A stretch of DNA of 45,487 bases from Minisyncoccota bacterium. GTDB taxonomy: Bacteria; Patescibacteriota; Minisyncoccia; Phycocordibacterales; JAACPR01. Positions within the stretch are counted from its first letter, which is position 1; each line of letters opens with the position of its first letter. The DNA is taken from contig DAOLDC010000002.1 of the NCBI GenBank assembly GCA_035327525.1, forward strand, positions 1-45,487, written 5' to 3'. The notes beneath the pieces were generated by a model. It worked only from the letters and a program-made list of their open reading frames with translations. It was not told where the DNA came from and searched no databases. Shown in pieces: positions 35,741-45,434 of this stretch. The translations under genes and the position numbers were made by a program.

Positions 35741-36985
35741 ATGTCAGCATTAGAATTCAAGATATTGAAAAAAAATAAAAAAAGCATGGCGAGAGCTGGA
35801 ATATTGAAAACAGCACACGGAACAATAGAAACGCCGGCATTTGTGACTGTTGGAACAAAAGCAACCGTAAAATCAGTTGCGCCCGAACAATTGTTTGACC
35901 TTGGTGCTCAAGTCGTTTTGGCAAACACATATCATTTGCATTTACAACCCGGTGCAGACAGAATCGCTGCCGCTGGAGGACTGCATAAATTCATGAACTG
36001 GAATGGTCCAACGATGACAGATTCTGGTGGTTTTCAGGTTTTTTCGCTTGGAGCAGCTTTTGGTAAAAATATTACAAAAATTACAGGTGGGAGAAATACC
36101 GGAAAAAATTTTGACGAAGAAATTTTGTTGGACGAATTTACAGATACAACCAGAAAAACACGCGGCCAGGTTGTTGCAAATTTTAAGCCGGCAAAAATTG
36201 CAGAAGAGGGAGTTTATTTTCGGTCACACATCGACGGTTCGGCCCATTATTTTACTCCAGAAAAATCCATTCAGATACAGAATCAGATCGGTGCTGACAT
36301 AATTTTTGCATTTGACGAATGCACATCACCAAATGAATCCGTTCATTATCAGCGTGAGGCGTTAGATCGGACACACAGATGGGCAAAGCAATCTCTAAAA
36401 TATCATCGTGCGCAGGAAATTTCTGCATGGCAGGGTATTTTTGGTGTGGTGCAAGGGGGCCGTCATGAGGATCTACGCAAAAAAAGTGCAACGGAAATCG
36501 GTTCGATGGATTTTGATGGCTTTGGAATTGGTGGAAGTTTTCAAAAAGAAGATATGTCAAACGCTGTAAAATGGGTAAATGAAATTCTACCAACAGAAAA
36601 ACCTCGTCATTTATTAGGGATTGGTGAACCAGAAGATCTATTTATGGCAATAGAAAATGGTTGCGATTTGTTTGATTGTGTTGCCCCAACCAGAATAGCT
36701 AGATCAGGACAAGTTTATACATTTTCTGGCAAAATAAATCTCAAAAATTCCGAATATCAGGATGATTATTCGGCCATAGATTCAGATTGCAAATGTGATA
36801 CTTGCAAAAAATATACTCGGGCGTACCTGGCGCATTTATTCAGAGCAGATGAAATGTTGGGTGCAACACTTGCCTCAATTCATAATTTGTATTTTATAAT
36901 AAATTTAGTCAAGAAAATTCGTGCGGAGATAATTGATGGGGATCTTGATAAGTTTAAAGAAAATTTTCTAACAAAGTATAAATAA
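35741..36985 (+). CDS. tgt: tRNA-guanine transglycosylase (queuine/preQ1 tRNA-ribosyltransferase family), divergent substrate loop
   Basis: Motifs TPAFVTVGT, LANTYHL, TDSGGFQV, AFDEC and LGIGEPED. The zinc site is CKCDTC...H. A ~45-aa insertion follows GGFQVFSLG. Confidence 0.9.
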   Translation: MSALEFKILKKNKKSMARAGILKTAHGTIETPAFVTVGTKATVKSVAPEQLFDLGAQVVLANTYHLHLQPGADRIAAAGGLHKFMNWNGPTMTDSGGFQVFSLGAAFGKNITKITGGRNTGKNFDEEILLDEFTDTTRKTRGQVVANFKPAKIAEEGVYFRSHIDGSAHYFTPEKSIQIQNQIGADIIFAFDECTSPNESVHYQREALDRTHRWAKQSLKYHRAQEISAWQGIFGVVQGGRHEDLRKKSATEIGSMDFDGFGIGGSFQKEDMSNAVKWVNEILPTEKPRHLLGIGEPEDLFMAIENGCDLFDCVAPTRIARSGQVYTFSGKINLKNSEYQDDYSAIDSDCKCDTCKKYTRAYLAHLFRADEMLGATLASIHNLYFIINLVKKIRAEIIDGDLDKFKENFLTKYK

Positions 36986-37029
36986 TTTTTTAGTTTGAAT
37001 TAATTCTGCAAAAGAGCTATATTTGTCTT

Positions 37030-39117
37030 GTGAATAATAAATTTAAACTAATTTCAAAACATGCTCCAGCAGGTGACCAACCTCAGGCTATTGAATCATT
37101 GGTTTCTGGAATAAAAAAAAGCTATCAACATCAAACATTATTAGGTGTAACTGGTTCTGGAAAAACTTTTACTGTTGCAAATGTAATAGAAAAAATTCAG
37201 AAACCAACACTGGTTATTGCTCATAACAAAACTCTTGCGGCACAGTTGGCACAGGAGTTTCGAGAACTTTTTCCGGAAAATGCCGTACATTATTTTGTAT
37301 CATATTATGATTATTATCAGCCAGAAGCATACAAGCCAACAACTGACACTTATATCGAAAAAGAGGCAATGATAAACGAGGAAATCGACCGATTGAGACA
37401 TGCATCGACTCAGGCATTATTGACCAGAAAGGACGTTATTATCGTCGCATCAGTATCATGTATTTATGGATTGGGTTCTCCAGAGGAATATAATAGTGTC
37501 AATTATAGAATCGAGGTTGATACAGAAATTTCTCGTAATGATTTTATTCGCAAACTTATAGACATTCATTATGAAAGAACAAATGCGGATCTGAATTCTG
37601 GAACATTTCGAGCGATTGGTGAAACAGTTGAAATTATTCCTGTATCAGAAAGATTTATAGTTGAAGTAAAATTTGATGGTGACAAAATTTCTAGTATACA
37701 AAAAATTGATAACATTAGCCGCTCATTAATTGAGAAAAATTTGAAGTTTTTTTATATTTTTCCTGCAAAGCATTTTATTGCAAATTCAGAGATTACCAAA
37801 AAGGCAATAAAAACAATTAGCACTGAACTTGAGGAACGATTGTTAGAATTGAAAAAAGAGGGAAAAATTCTTGAGGCGGAAAGGTTGAAACGACGAACAA
37901 GATACGATATTTCAATGATTCGTGAAATAGGATATTGCAATGGTATAGAAAACTATTCGAGGCACTTCGAAAATAGAGCAGAAAATGAGGCTCCAAATAC
38001 ATTGCTATCATATTTTCCACACAAAAAAGAATTGGTTAAACATGAAAAAACTGGCGAAGTGCGTGAAATTTTGACCCCGGATTTTCTTACAATAATTGAC
38101 GAATCTCATGTGACCGTTCCGCAGATTGGTGGAATGTATGCCGGTGATCAATCCCGAAAAAATACTCTGATTGAGCATGGCTTTCGATTACCATCAGCGC
38201 GTGACAATCGACCGTTACGGTTCAATGAATTTGAACATAGAGTCGGTCAGGTGATTTATACATCAGCAACACCAAGCGATTATGAAAAAAACCATAGTCA
38301 GAATATTGTTGAGCAAATTATTCGTCCGACAGGATTGGTTGATCCAATGATAGAAATTGTTCCGATTGTCGAAAAAGGCAAACATGGCGGTCAGGTAAAG
38401 CATTTTATTTCACAATCAGAAAAAGAAATAAAAAAAGGTGGCCGAGTTATTGCAACAACCCTTACAAAAAAAATGGCAGAGGATTTGAGTTTGTATTTAA
38501 AAGATAAAAAAATAAAAGCAGAATATCTGCATAGTGAGATAAAAACAATAGAAAGAATTGAGATTTTGACAAAATTTCGTCGCGGGGAATTTGATATTTT
38601 GGTTGGAGTAAACCTGTTGCGTGAAGGACTCGATTTGCCAGAAGTAACATTGATTGGAATTTTGGATGCGGACAAGGAAGGTTTTTTGCGTTCCGAAACT
38701 GCGCTTATTCAGACAATTGGTCGTGCTGCTAGAAACGTTGATGGTCGAGTTATTTTGTACGCTGATAATATTACAGGGTCAATGGAAAGAGCAATCGGTG
38801 AAACAAATCGCCGTAGAGAATTGCAATTGGCTTATAACAAAAAGCACGGTATTACCCCAAAAACTATTATCAAAGCGATTAGAGATATTACAGACCAAAT
38901 AAATACTGAGCACAAAAAGGCAGTCAACATGCTACTTAAACTGGATGACAAAATGCTCAAAAATAATCCACAAAAATTATTAAAACAAAAAGAGAAAAAA
39001 ATGAATGCTGCAGCAAAAAATCTAGATTTTGAGACCGCAGCAATTCTACGAGATGAGATCAAATATATACTTGATATTTTAAATAAAGATGGTAAAGTTT
39101 CCGGTGGAGCAGAATAG
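37030..39117 (+). CDS. uvrB: Excinuclease ABC subunit B
   Basis: A GTG start gives MNNKFKLISKHAPAGDQPQAI. Walker A is GVTGSGKT, the DEAH-box region is IIDESH, and a C-terminal UVR motif reads FETAAILRDEI. Confidence 0.96.
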   Translation: MNNKFKLISKHAPAGDQPQAIESLVSGIKKSYQHQTLLGVTGSGKTFTVANVIEKIQKPTLVIAHNKTLAAQLAQEFRELFPENAVHYFVSYYDYYQPEAYKPTTDTYIEKEAMINEEIDRLRHASTQALLTRKDVIIVASVSCIYGLGSPEEYNSVNYRIEVDTEISRNDFIRKLIDIHYERTNADLNSGTFRAIGETVEIIPVSERFIVEVKFDGDKISSIQKIDNISRSLIEKNLKFFYIFPAKHFIANSEITKKAIKTISTELEERLLELKKEGKILEAERLKRRTRYDISMIREIGYCNGIENYSRHFENRAENEAPNTLLSYFPHKKELVKHEKTGEVREILTPDFLTIIDESHVTVPQIGGMYAGDQSRKNTLIEHGFRLPSARDNRPLRFNEFEHRVGQVIYTSATPSDYEKNHSQNIVEQIIRPTGLVDPMIEIVPIVEKGKHGGQVKHFISQSEKEIKKGGRVIATTLTKKMAEDLSLYLKDKKIKAEYLHSEIKTIERIEILTKFRRGEFDILVGVNLLREGLDLPEVTLIGILDADKEGFLRSETALIQTIGRAARNVDGRVILYADNITGSMERAIGETNRRRELQLAYNKKHGITPKTIIKAIRDITDQINTEHKKAVNMLLKLDDKMLKNNPQKLLKQKEKKMNAAAKNLDFETAAILRDEIKYILDILNKDGKVSGGAE

Positions 39118-39189
39118 CAACGCGTGTTGTTACTGCATAGAAAGTACGTTAAGTTTGTAGCCGTAAAATCGGCAGAATAGGAGTACGGA

Positions 39190-39918
39190 GTGAACAGAAA
39201 AATTGTCTATTGGAGCAATTCCAGTGGTGACGTCGATGTTGTAATAATGATTGGGCGCTCTTGCTGTGGCAAGGGTACCCAGGCAGATCTCATTGAAAAA
39301 TACGCATATGGTCCATCAGGACGCATTACGACCAGTGATCTGATTGCAGAGTTCGAAACACCGGAGCAAAAAAATCTCCGAGAACTCGAGGGAAAGCTTC
39401 TAGACGGAATCTGGGTCGCAGGACTGGTTTGTGATCGTGTGCAGTTATTTCTGGATCAAGGCAAAAAGCTTTTGATTCTAGACGGTTCTGCACGAACTGC
39501 CGAACAAACACGGGCAATCCTAGAGTTTTTACAGAGCAATTCCGCAATTCGCAGTATTGTGGCTCATGAATACGATGTATCACCTGAAGAGTGTGAACAT
39601 CGAATGATTCATAACGGGCGTGGACGGCTGGATGAAGAAACTGCCGATCGGAGGAAGACAAAATTAGGCATTTTTGACCAGAATATTTGGGCAATTCATC
39701 GTATTCTACAATGCATGAATGTTCAGACAATTCTGATCAAGAATCCGGAAAACCGCTCAGCGCGGTGGGTCTTCAATGAATCCTTGAGGATGAATCAACG
39801 CCTCAACGAGTTGATTCGTTCCAAATATCGTTTTTCAAGGGAGCTGGAGGCGACACCACTGCCGCCGACCCCCAAACGGTACTGGGAAATTCCCAGCATA
39901 GCAGCCATGGCTTCCTGA
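39190..39918 (+). CDS. Divergent adenylate kinase / NMP kinase-like P-loop protein with C-terminal extension
   Basis: AGGAG lies 6 nt upstream of the GTG start. The P-loop GRSCCGKGTQ resembles the AK motif GxPGxGKGTQ. LILDGSARTAEQ resembles LLDGFPRT, and a short LID-like segment reads GRGRLDEETADRRKTKL. Four 60-nt lines I hand-counted give 38-52% GC. Confidence 0.7.
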   Translation: MNRKIVYWSNSSGDVDVVIMIGRSCCGKGTQADLIEKYAYGPSGRITTSDLIAEFETPEQKNLRELEGKLLDGIWVAGLVCDRVQLFLDQGKKLLILDGSARTAEQTRAILEFLQSNSAIRSIVAHEYDVSPEECEHRMIHNGRGRLDEETADRRKTKLGIFDQNIWAIHRILQCMNVQTILIKNPENRSARWVFNESLRMNQRLNELIRSKYRFSRELEATPLPPTPKRYWEIPSIAAMAS

Positions 39919-39940
39919 AGGTAGCTAAAATCATATAAGA

Positions 39941-39981
39941 CCCCAATACATTGTGACAGAATGTATTGGGGTTGTTTTTTT
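39941..39981 (+). terminator. Strong intrinsic terminator after the AK-like gene
   Basis: A 12-bp stem, CCCCAATACATT (39941-39952) pairing with AATGTATTGGGG (39960-39971), encloses the loop GTGACAG. TTGTTTTTTT follows. Confidence 0.85.
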
Positions 39982-39990
39982 ACCCAGAAA

Positions 39991-39999
39991 TGTCATAAT
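39991..39999 (+). promoter_or_regulatory. Extended -10-like box TGTCATAAT upstream of uvrA
   Basis: Read directly, 84 nt upstream of the uvrA ATG. Confidence 0.3.
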
Positions 40000-40083
40000 C
40001 AAAATCTGTATAAAACCCCGTCGACCATAGCGGGGCTATATGTAATGTAAAAGCATCAAGATAAATATCGTAATTTCATAAAA

Positions 40084-42675
40084 ATGTCAAAAGAAAAATT
40101 AAAAAGAGAAGAAAAAATAGTTGTAAAAGGCGCCAGAACGCATAACTTGAAGAATATTACTGTCGAAATGCCAAGACACAAAATGATTGTTTTCACCGGG
40201 CTTTCGGGTTCTGGAAAGTCTTCACTTGCTTTTGATACTATTTTTGCTGAAGGACAGCGCAGATATGTAGAATCATTATCTGCATATGCTCGACAATTTT
40301 TGAACAAAATGCAAAAGCCGGATGTTGATGAAATAACCGGACTTTCACCTGCAATCTCGATTGATCAAAAATCTCGCTCCAACAATCCACGATCAACGGT
40401 CGCAACAATTACGGAAATTTATGATTATTTGAGAATTTTATACGCCAGAATTGGCAAACCACATTGTATGATTTGCGGTCGAGAAATTGTAAAACTATCT
40501 CAAGAGGAAATTTTGAATACAATAATCAGATCTGTTGAGTCTATCGATCCAAAATCTACAAAAAAAATAATGGATGTAAATATTGATTCGGATAAAGTTT
40601 CAATTTACTCACCGGTTATAGTTGGTAGAAAAGGAGAATATTATCAACTTCTGTATGACATGCTTGGCAAAGGTTATCAAAAAGCAAAAATCGACGGAAA
40701 AATTTATTCATTACGAGAAAGTATTGTCTTATCAAAAACAAAAAAACACGACATTGATATATTGGTTGATGAATTTTATATTTCAGATATAAAAAGCAAA
40801 AAAAGCGATTACAAGGAACGACTATCAGAATCAATCGAGAGAGCATTATCAGAATCAGATGGTTTATTAAAAATAGTTACACCAAATGAAGAGAAGCTGA
40901 TTTCGGCAAAATTCATGTGCCCGTATGACGGTTTTTCTTTTCCAGAAATTGAACCTAGATTATTTTCTTTTAATTCACCATATGGTGCATGTCAAACATG
41001 TAATGGTTTGGGTACAAAACATTTTTTTGGTGACGATGCATGTGATGAGTGTCACGGTGCCAGATTACGACCAGAAGCACTTCATATTTTTTTGCCAGGA
41101 GAAAAAATAAATATAGTTGATTTAACAAGAAAATCTGTCGGCGATTCCATAGAATTCTTTAAAAATTTAAAACTAAACAAAAAAGAAGAAGAAATAGCAA
41201 AAGTTGTTTTGAAGGAAATTACTGAGAGATTGAATTTTATGAATAATGTAGGAATTGAGTATCTGACATTAGACAGGAGAGCTCATACATTATCTGGTGG
41301 GGAATCTCAAAGAATTCGTCTTGCATCACAATTAGGATCTGGACTAGTTGGCGCAACATATGTTTTGGATGAACCAACAATAGGATTACACTCACACGAC
41401 AACGACCGTCTAATAAAGACACTACTTGAATTACGTGATGCTGGTAACACAATCATAATTGTTGAACACGATGAAGATACTATTTTTTCATCAGATTATT
41501 TGGTTGATATTGGGCCAGGAGCCGGAATTCATGGTGGACATATTGTTGTTGCTGGCGAAATGGATAAACTTTTGACCGCAAAAAGTAATCCGTCCAAATC
41601 TGTCACTCTTGATTATTTGCGTGGAGACAAACAAATCGATGTGCCAGAAGTAAGACGTGCAGAGAATCGTGGAAAAATTCAAATTCGTGGTGGAAATGTT
41701 TTCAATATAAAAAGTATGGATGTTGATTTTCCTCTAGGAAAATTTGTCACGGTGACTGGTGTCTCTGGTTCTGGAAAATCATCTTTGGTGTACGAAATTT
41801 TGTACAAGAATTTGAGAAACAGATTTGATCGACGGTATCGAACAGACAAATTAGAAAATTGTGGAAGTTTTGCTGGATCAGAATATGTTAGTCGAGCAAT
41901 TTTAATTGAACAATCTCCAATAGGAAGAACTCCACGTTCCAATCCGGCAACATACACTGGTGCATTTACGTTTATTCGTGATTTGTTTGCTGAAACATCA
42001 GAGGCGCGTGCGCGAGGATGGAAATCCAATAGATTTTCCTTCAATGTGAAAGGTGGTCGCTGTGAAGCCTGTCAGGGTAACGGTTATATTGCAGTCGAAA
42101 TGCATTTTCTACCAACAGTTTATGTTCCGTGTGATATTTGTAATGGAAAAAGATTTATGAAAGAAACATTGGAAGTTGAATATAAACACAAAAACATTTA
42201 TGAAGTTTTGAATATGACTGTGGAGGAATCATTGGGATTTTTTGAAGATATTCCTGCTATTTATGATAGATTGAAAACACTCGATGAGGTTGGTTTGGGA
42301 TATTTAGAACTTGGTCAATCTGCAACAACATTATCTGGTGGGGAAGCTCAAAGAGTAAAAATTTCATCAGAGTTATATCGTGCTCATTTACAAAAAACTA
42401 TTTACATTTTAGACGAGCCAACAATCGGATTGCACTATGAGGATGTAAAAAAATTAATTGAAATTTTACAAAAATTGGTTGATAAGGGAAATACAGTTGT
42501 TGTCATTGAACACAATATGGATCTAATAAAATCCTCAGATTATGTTATTGATATTGGCCCAAGTGGTGGTGTTAATGGCGGAAAAGTGGTTGCAAAAGGA
42601 ACTCCGGAGCAAATCGCGGATTCAAAAAATGGATTTACTGCCAAATATCTAAAAAAAGCCTTAAAAAGAAAATAA
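40084..42675 (+). CDS. uvrA: Excinuclease ABC subunit A, apparently lacking the insertion domain
   Basis: Two ABC modules are present ([18 protein letters not shown]; two LSGGE signatures), along with Zn modules. Only about 10 aa separate CQTCNGLG from CDECHGARL. Confidence 0.96.
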   Translation: MSKEKLKREEKIVVKGARTHNLKNITVEMPRHKMIVFTGLSGSGKSSLAFDTIFAEGQRRYVESLSAYARQFLNKMQKPDVDEITGLSPAISIDQKSRSNNPRSTVATITEIYDYLRILYARIGKPHCMICGREIVKLSQEEILNTIIRSVESIDPKSTKKIMDVNIDSDKVSIYSPVIVGRKGEYYQLLYDMLGKGYQKAKIDGKIYSLRESIVLSKTKKHDIDILVDEFYISDIKSKKSDYKERLSESIERALSESDGLLKIVTPNEEKLISAKFMCPYDGFSFPEIEPRLFSFNSPYGACQTCNGLGTKHFFGDDACDECHGARLRPEALHIFLPGEKINIVDLTRKSVGDSIEFFKNLKLNKKEEEIAKVVLKEITERLNFMNNVGIEYLTLDRRAHTLSGGESQRIRLASQLGSGLVGATYVLDEPTIGLHSHDNDRLIKTLLELRDAGNTIIIVEHDEDTIFSSDYLVDIGPGAGIHGGHIVVAGEMDKLLTAKSNPSKSVTLDYLRGDKQIDVPEVRRAENRGKIQIRGGNVFNIKSMDVDFPLGKFVTVTGVSGSGKSSLVYEILYKNLRNRFDRRYRTDKLENCGSFAGSEYVSRAILIEQSPIGRTPRSNPATYTGAFTFIRDLFAETSEARARGWKSNRFSFNVKGGRCEACQGNGYIAVEMHFLPTVYVPCDICNGKRFMKETLEVEYKHKNIYEVLNMTVEESLGFFEDIPAIYDRLKTLDEVGLGYLELGQSATTLSGGEAQRVKISSELYRAHLQKTIYILDEPTIGLHYEDVKKLIEILQKLVDKGNTVVVIEHNMDLIKSSDYVIDIGPSGGVNGGKVVAKGTPEQIADSKNGFTAKYLKKALKRK

Positions 42676-43934
42676 TGACATTAGAAAAATTTAGAAAAAT
42701 AAATTTTCCAGAATCGCCAGGAGTTTATTTTTTCAAAAAAGGAAAGACTATTCTATATATTGGAAAAGCAACTTCTCTACAGGACAGGATCAGAAGTTAT
42801 TTTTCTGATGATTTAATAAAGGCTCGTGGACCTAGAATTGTTGATATGATTACTCAGTCAGATAGTGTAAAATTCAAAAAAACTGATTCAGTTTTGGAAG
42901 CGTTAATTTTGGAGTCATCATTAATAAAAAAATTTCAACCAAAATACAACACAAAAGAAAAAGACGATAAAAGCTATAATTATGTTTTGATTACAGACGA
43001 GAAATATCCCAGATTATTGACGATCAGAATGCGGGAAATTCAAAACGGGAACATCAATTTCAAAATAAAAAAGCAATTCGGCCCATTTCCAAACGGAACC
43101 CAATTACGTATCGCTCTCAGATTGATCCAAAGAATTTTTCCTTTTTTTGATAATTCAAAGCCAATTGAAAAGCTTAACGACTTTGAAAAGAAAAAAGTGT
43201 TACTAAACATTCAAATTGGAATATATCCAGATGTTTTCTCTTTGGAAAACTCAGTCGCGCAGCAAAAAAAATACAACAGAACGATCAAAAATATTGAATT
43301 GTTTTTTGATGGTAAAAAGAAAAAAATAGTAGAAATTCTAAAAAAAGAGATGTTGAGTTATTCCAAGAAACGCAAATACGAGGAAGCAAATCAAATCAAA
43401 AGAACTATTTTCTCACTGCAACATATTAATGATATAGCATTATTGAAGCAAGAGGAAAACTTTTTTGATAGTGACAAAAAAAATATTTTGCCTAGAATTG
43501 AGAGTTACGATGTTGCTCACACATCTGGTTTTGAAACAGTTGGTGCAATGGTTGTGTTTGAAAACATGTCCTTCAAAAAAACTGACTATAGAAAATTTAT
43601 TATAAAAAAAGCATCAAAAAATGATGATTATGGTGCGTTAAGTGAAATTCTGGAACGTAGATTCAGTCATTCAGAGTGGCCCAAACCAAAAATAATTATA
43701 GTTGATGGTGGCAACGGCCAATTGAATGTCGCAAAAAAAATTATAAAAAAGAATGGTTTTGATAATACAATATCCATAATTTCAGTAGTAAAAGACGATA
43801 ATCATAATGCAAAAAATCTTCTTGGCGACAAAAAAGTAATTTCTAAATACAAAAACCGAATTATCAAAATAAATGAAGAAACTCATAGATTTGCTATATC
43901 ATTTCATAGAAAGCGTCGTGATATATTAAAATAA
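42675..43934 (+). CDS. uvrC: Excinuclease ABC subunit C, short form lacking the C-terminal (HhH)2 domain
   Basis: The GIY-YIG domain (PGVYFFKKGKTILYIGKATSL) is followed by a UVR motif (YEEANQIKRTIFSL) and an endonuclease domain (ESYDVAHTSG; IIVDGGNGQL). The protein ends soon after HRFAISFHRKRR. The start overlaps the uvrA stop (TAATG). Confidence 0.9.
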   Translation: MTLEKFRKINFPESPGVYFFKKGKTILYIGKATSLQDRIRSYFSDDLIKARGPRIVDMITQSDSVKFKKTDSVLEALILESSLIKKFQPKYNTKEKDDKSYNYVLITDEKYPRLLTIRMREIQNGNINFKIKKQFGPFPNGTQLRIALRLIQRIFPFFDNSKPIEKLNDFEKKKVLLNIQIGIYPDVFSLENSVAQQKKYNRTIKNIELFFDGKKKKIVEILKKEMLSYSKKRKYEEANQIKRTIFSLQHINDIALLKQEENFFDSDKKNILPRIESYDVAHTSGFETVGAMVVFENMSFKKTDYRKFIIKKASKNDDYGALSEILERRFSHSEWPKPKIIIVDGGNGQLNVAKKIIKKNGFDNTISIISVVKDDNHNAKNLLGDKKVISKYKNRIIKINEETHRFAISFHRKRRDILK

Positions 43935-43972
43935 ATTCAGAATGTGTTAGAATTTAATCAAGCATAATTTAA

Positions 43973-44947
43973 ATGAAAAAGAAAATTGCAGTAATTAGAG
44001 GAGGGCCTTCCAGTGAATATGATGTTTCCATGAAAACTGGTCGTTCAGTTATAGACGAATTGTCAAAAAAACATCATATTATTGATATTGTTGTTGATAA
44101 AAAAGGCTCTTGGATTTGTGCTGGTAGAGAAGTGACACCAGAAAAAGCATGTATAGGATCTGATTGCGTTTTTAACGCAATGCATGGTGAATATGGCGAA
44201 GATGGTCAGGTTCAAAAAGTTTTGGAAAGCATTGGTGTACCTTTTACTGGTCCACAAAAAATTGCTGCTGCCGTTTCTATAAACAAAAAAATTACAAAAG
44301 AAATTTATAAAAAATTCGGAATAAAAACTCCAATGCACAGAACTATAAAAAGGGGTGCTTCCGATATCCATAATCAGGCAATAGATATTTTCAAAAATTT
44401 TCCAATGCCGATTGTGATAAAACCAATTGGTCTTGGGTCCTCTGTAGGTGTATCAATTGTTAGAGATTACAAAAGCTTGCTTGAAACACTAATAAGTTTA
44501 TTTATTAGATTTGATGAATTATTAATTGAGGAATATATTCCTGGTAGAGAAGCGACCGTGGGTGTCATCGATAATTTTCGCAATCAAAGAATTTATGCGA
44601 TGTTACCAATTGAAATAAAAATTTCCCGCGAAAATAATTTTTTTGATTATGATGCAAAGTATTCCGGAAAAACAGAAGAAATTTGTCCTGGAAATTTTGA
44701 TAATGATGAAAAAAGGGAATTGCAAGAATTGGCGATTATGGCACACGATTATCTTGGTCTGCGACATTATTCCAGAACTGATTTTATTATAAATCCTCGT
44801 AGAGGAATTTATGTTTTAGAGACAAACTCATTGCCTGGATTAACAAAGGAGTCACTGTTTCCAAAATCATTACCACCAATTGGCTCTAACTATTCAGAAT
44901 TTTTGGATCACATTATAGATTTGGCTACAAACAGTCGCATTCGTTAG
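43973..44947 (+). CDS. ddl: D-alanine--D-alanine ligase
   Basis: Motifs IAVIRGGPSSEYDVSMKTG, HGEYGEDGQVQ and an ATP-grasp core, with a C-terminal LETNSLPGLT. Confidence 0.93.
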   Translation: MKKKIAVIRGGPSSEYDVSMKTGRSVIDELSKKHHIIDIVVDKKGSWICAGREVTPEKACIGSDCVFNAMHGEYGEDGQVQKVLESIGVPFTGPQKIAAAVSINKKITKEIYKKFGIKTPMHRTIKRGASDIHNQAIDIFKNFPMPIVIKPIGLGSSVGVSIVRDYKSLLETLISLFIRFDELLIEEYIPGREATVGVIDNFRNQRIYAMLPIEIKISRENNFFDYDAKYSGKTEEICPGNFDNDEKRELQELAIMAHDYLGLRHYSRTDFIINPRRGIYVLETNSLPGLTKESLFPKSLPPIGSNYSEFLDHIIDLATNSRIR

Positions 44948-44961
44948 AATTTTGTAGATTT

Positions 44962-45429
44962 TTATTCGGTCAATGTTTTTTCGAAATTTTTGTTTTCAAA
45001 TTCAGCTTTTGAAATTTTACTAAGAAAAATAATTGTAACAAAGATAAGTGTCGAGACGGTAGCAGACAACATGCAATATCCGCAAACAGCATTCAGTACA
45101 AAAAATTGTAAATAAACTAGCCAAACAGAAAACAGAAAGGCAATCATGGATAATGATGTCGCAATTTTTATAATCAAATTTTTCTTCAAAAATAAATAAA
45201 GATTTACCAAGAAAATAATTGATAAGTAATAAATAACCCCAATCATTGAAATTGGAACCCCGGCAATGTTGTTGTATTTGCTACTTGTCACAATATCGCA
45301 TTTATCAAAAATATTACAAACAATAGAAGCCTCCGAGTAGTGTTTTGTGGTCAAATATGATGTATCAGCCAAACCAACAATTGCCAAAGCAATTATTATG
45401 AATATCAATGTGCTAGTTTTTTTTGACAT
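44962..45429 (-). CDS. Vitamin K epoxide reductase (VKOR) family membrane protein
   Basis: The protein is polytopic. A loop Cys pair (VCNIFDKC) is followed by an active-site CxxC in a TM helix (AVCGYCML). Confidence 0.75.
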   Translation of the reverse strand: MSKKTSTLIFIIIALAIVGLADTSYLTTKHYSEASIVCNIFDKCDIVTSSKYNNIAGVPISMIGVIYYLSIIFLVNLYLFLKKNLIIKIATSLSMIAFLFSVWLVYLQFFVLNAVCGYCMLSATVSTLIFVTIIFLSKISKAEFENKNFEKTLTE

Positions 45430-45434
45430 TTATG

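Noticed and set aside
40015-40037. A short GC-rich hairpin (CCCCG ... CGGGG) in the uvrA leader, as a possible regulatory RNA or repeat element.
   Set aside because: The stem is only 5 bp with a 10-nt loop and no T-tract, and I saw no second copy elsewhere in the window. The evidence is not enough to call a feature.
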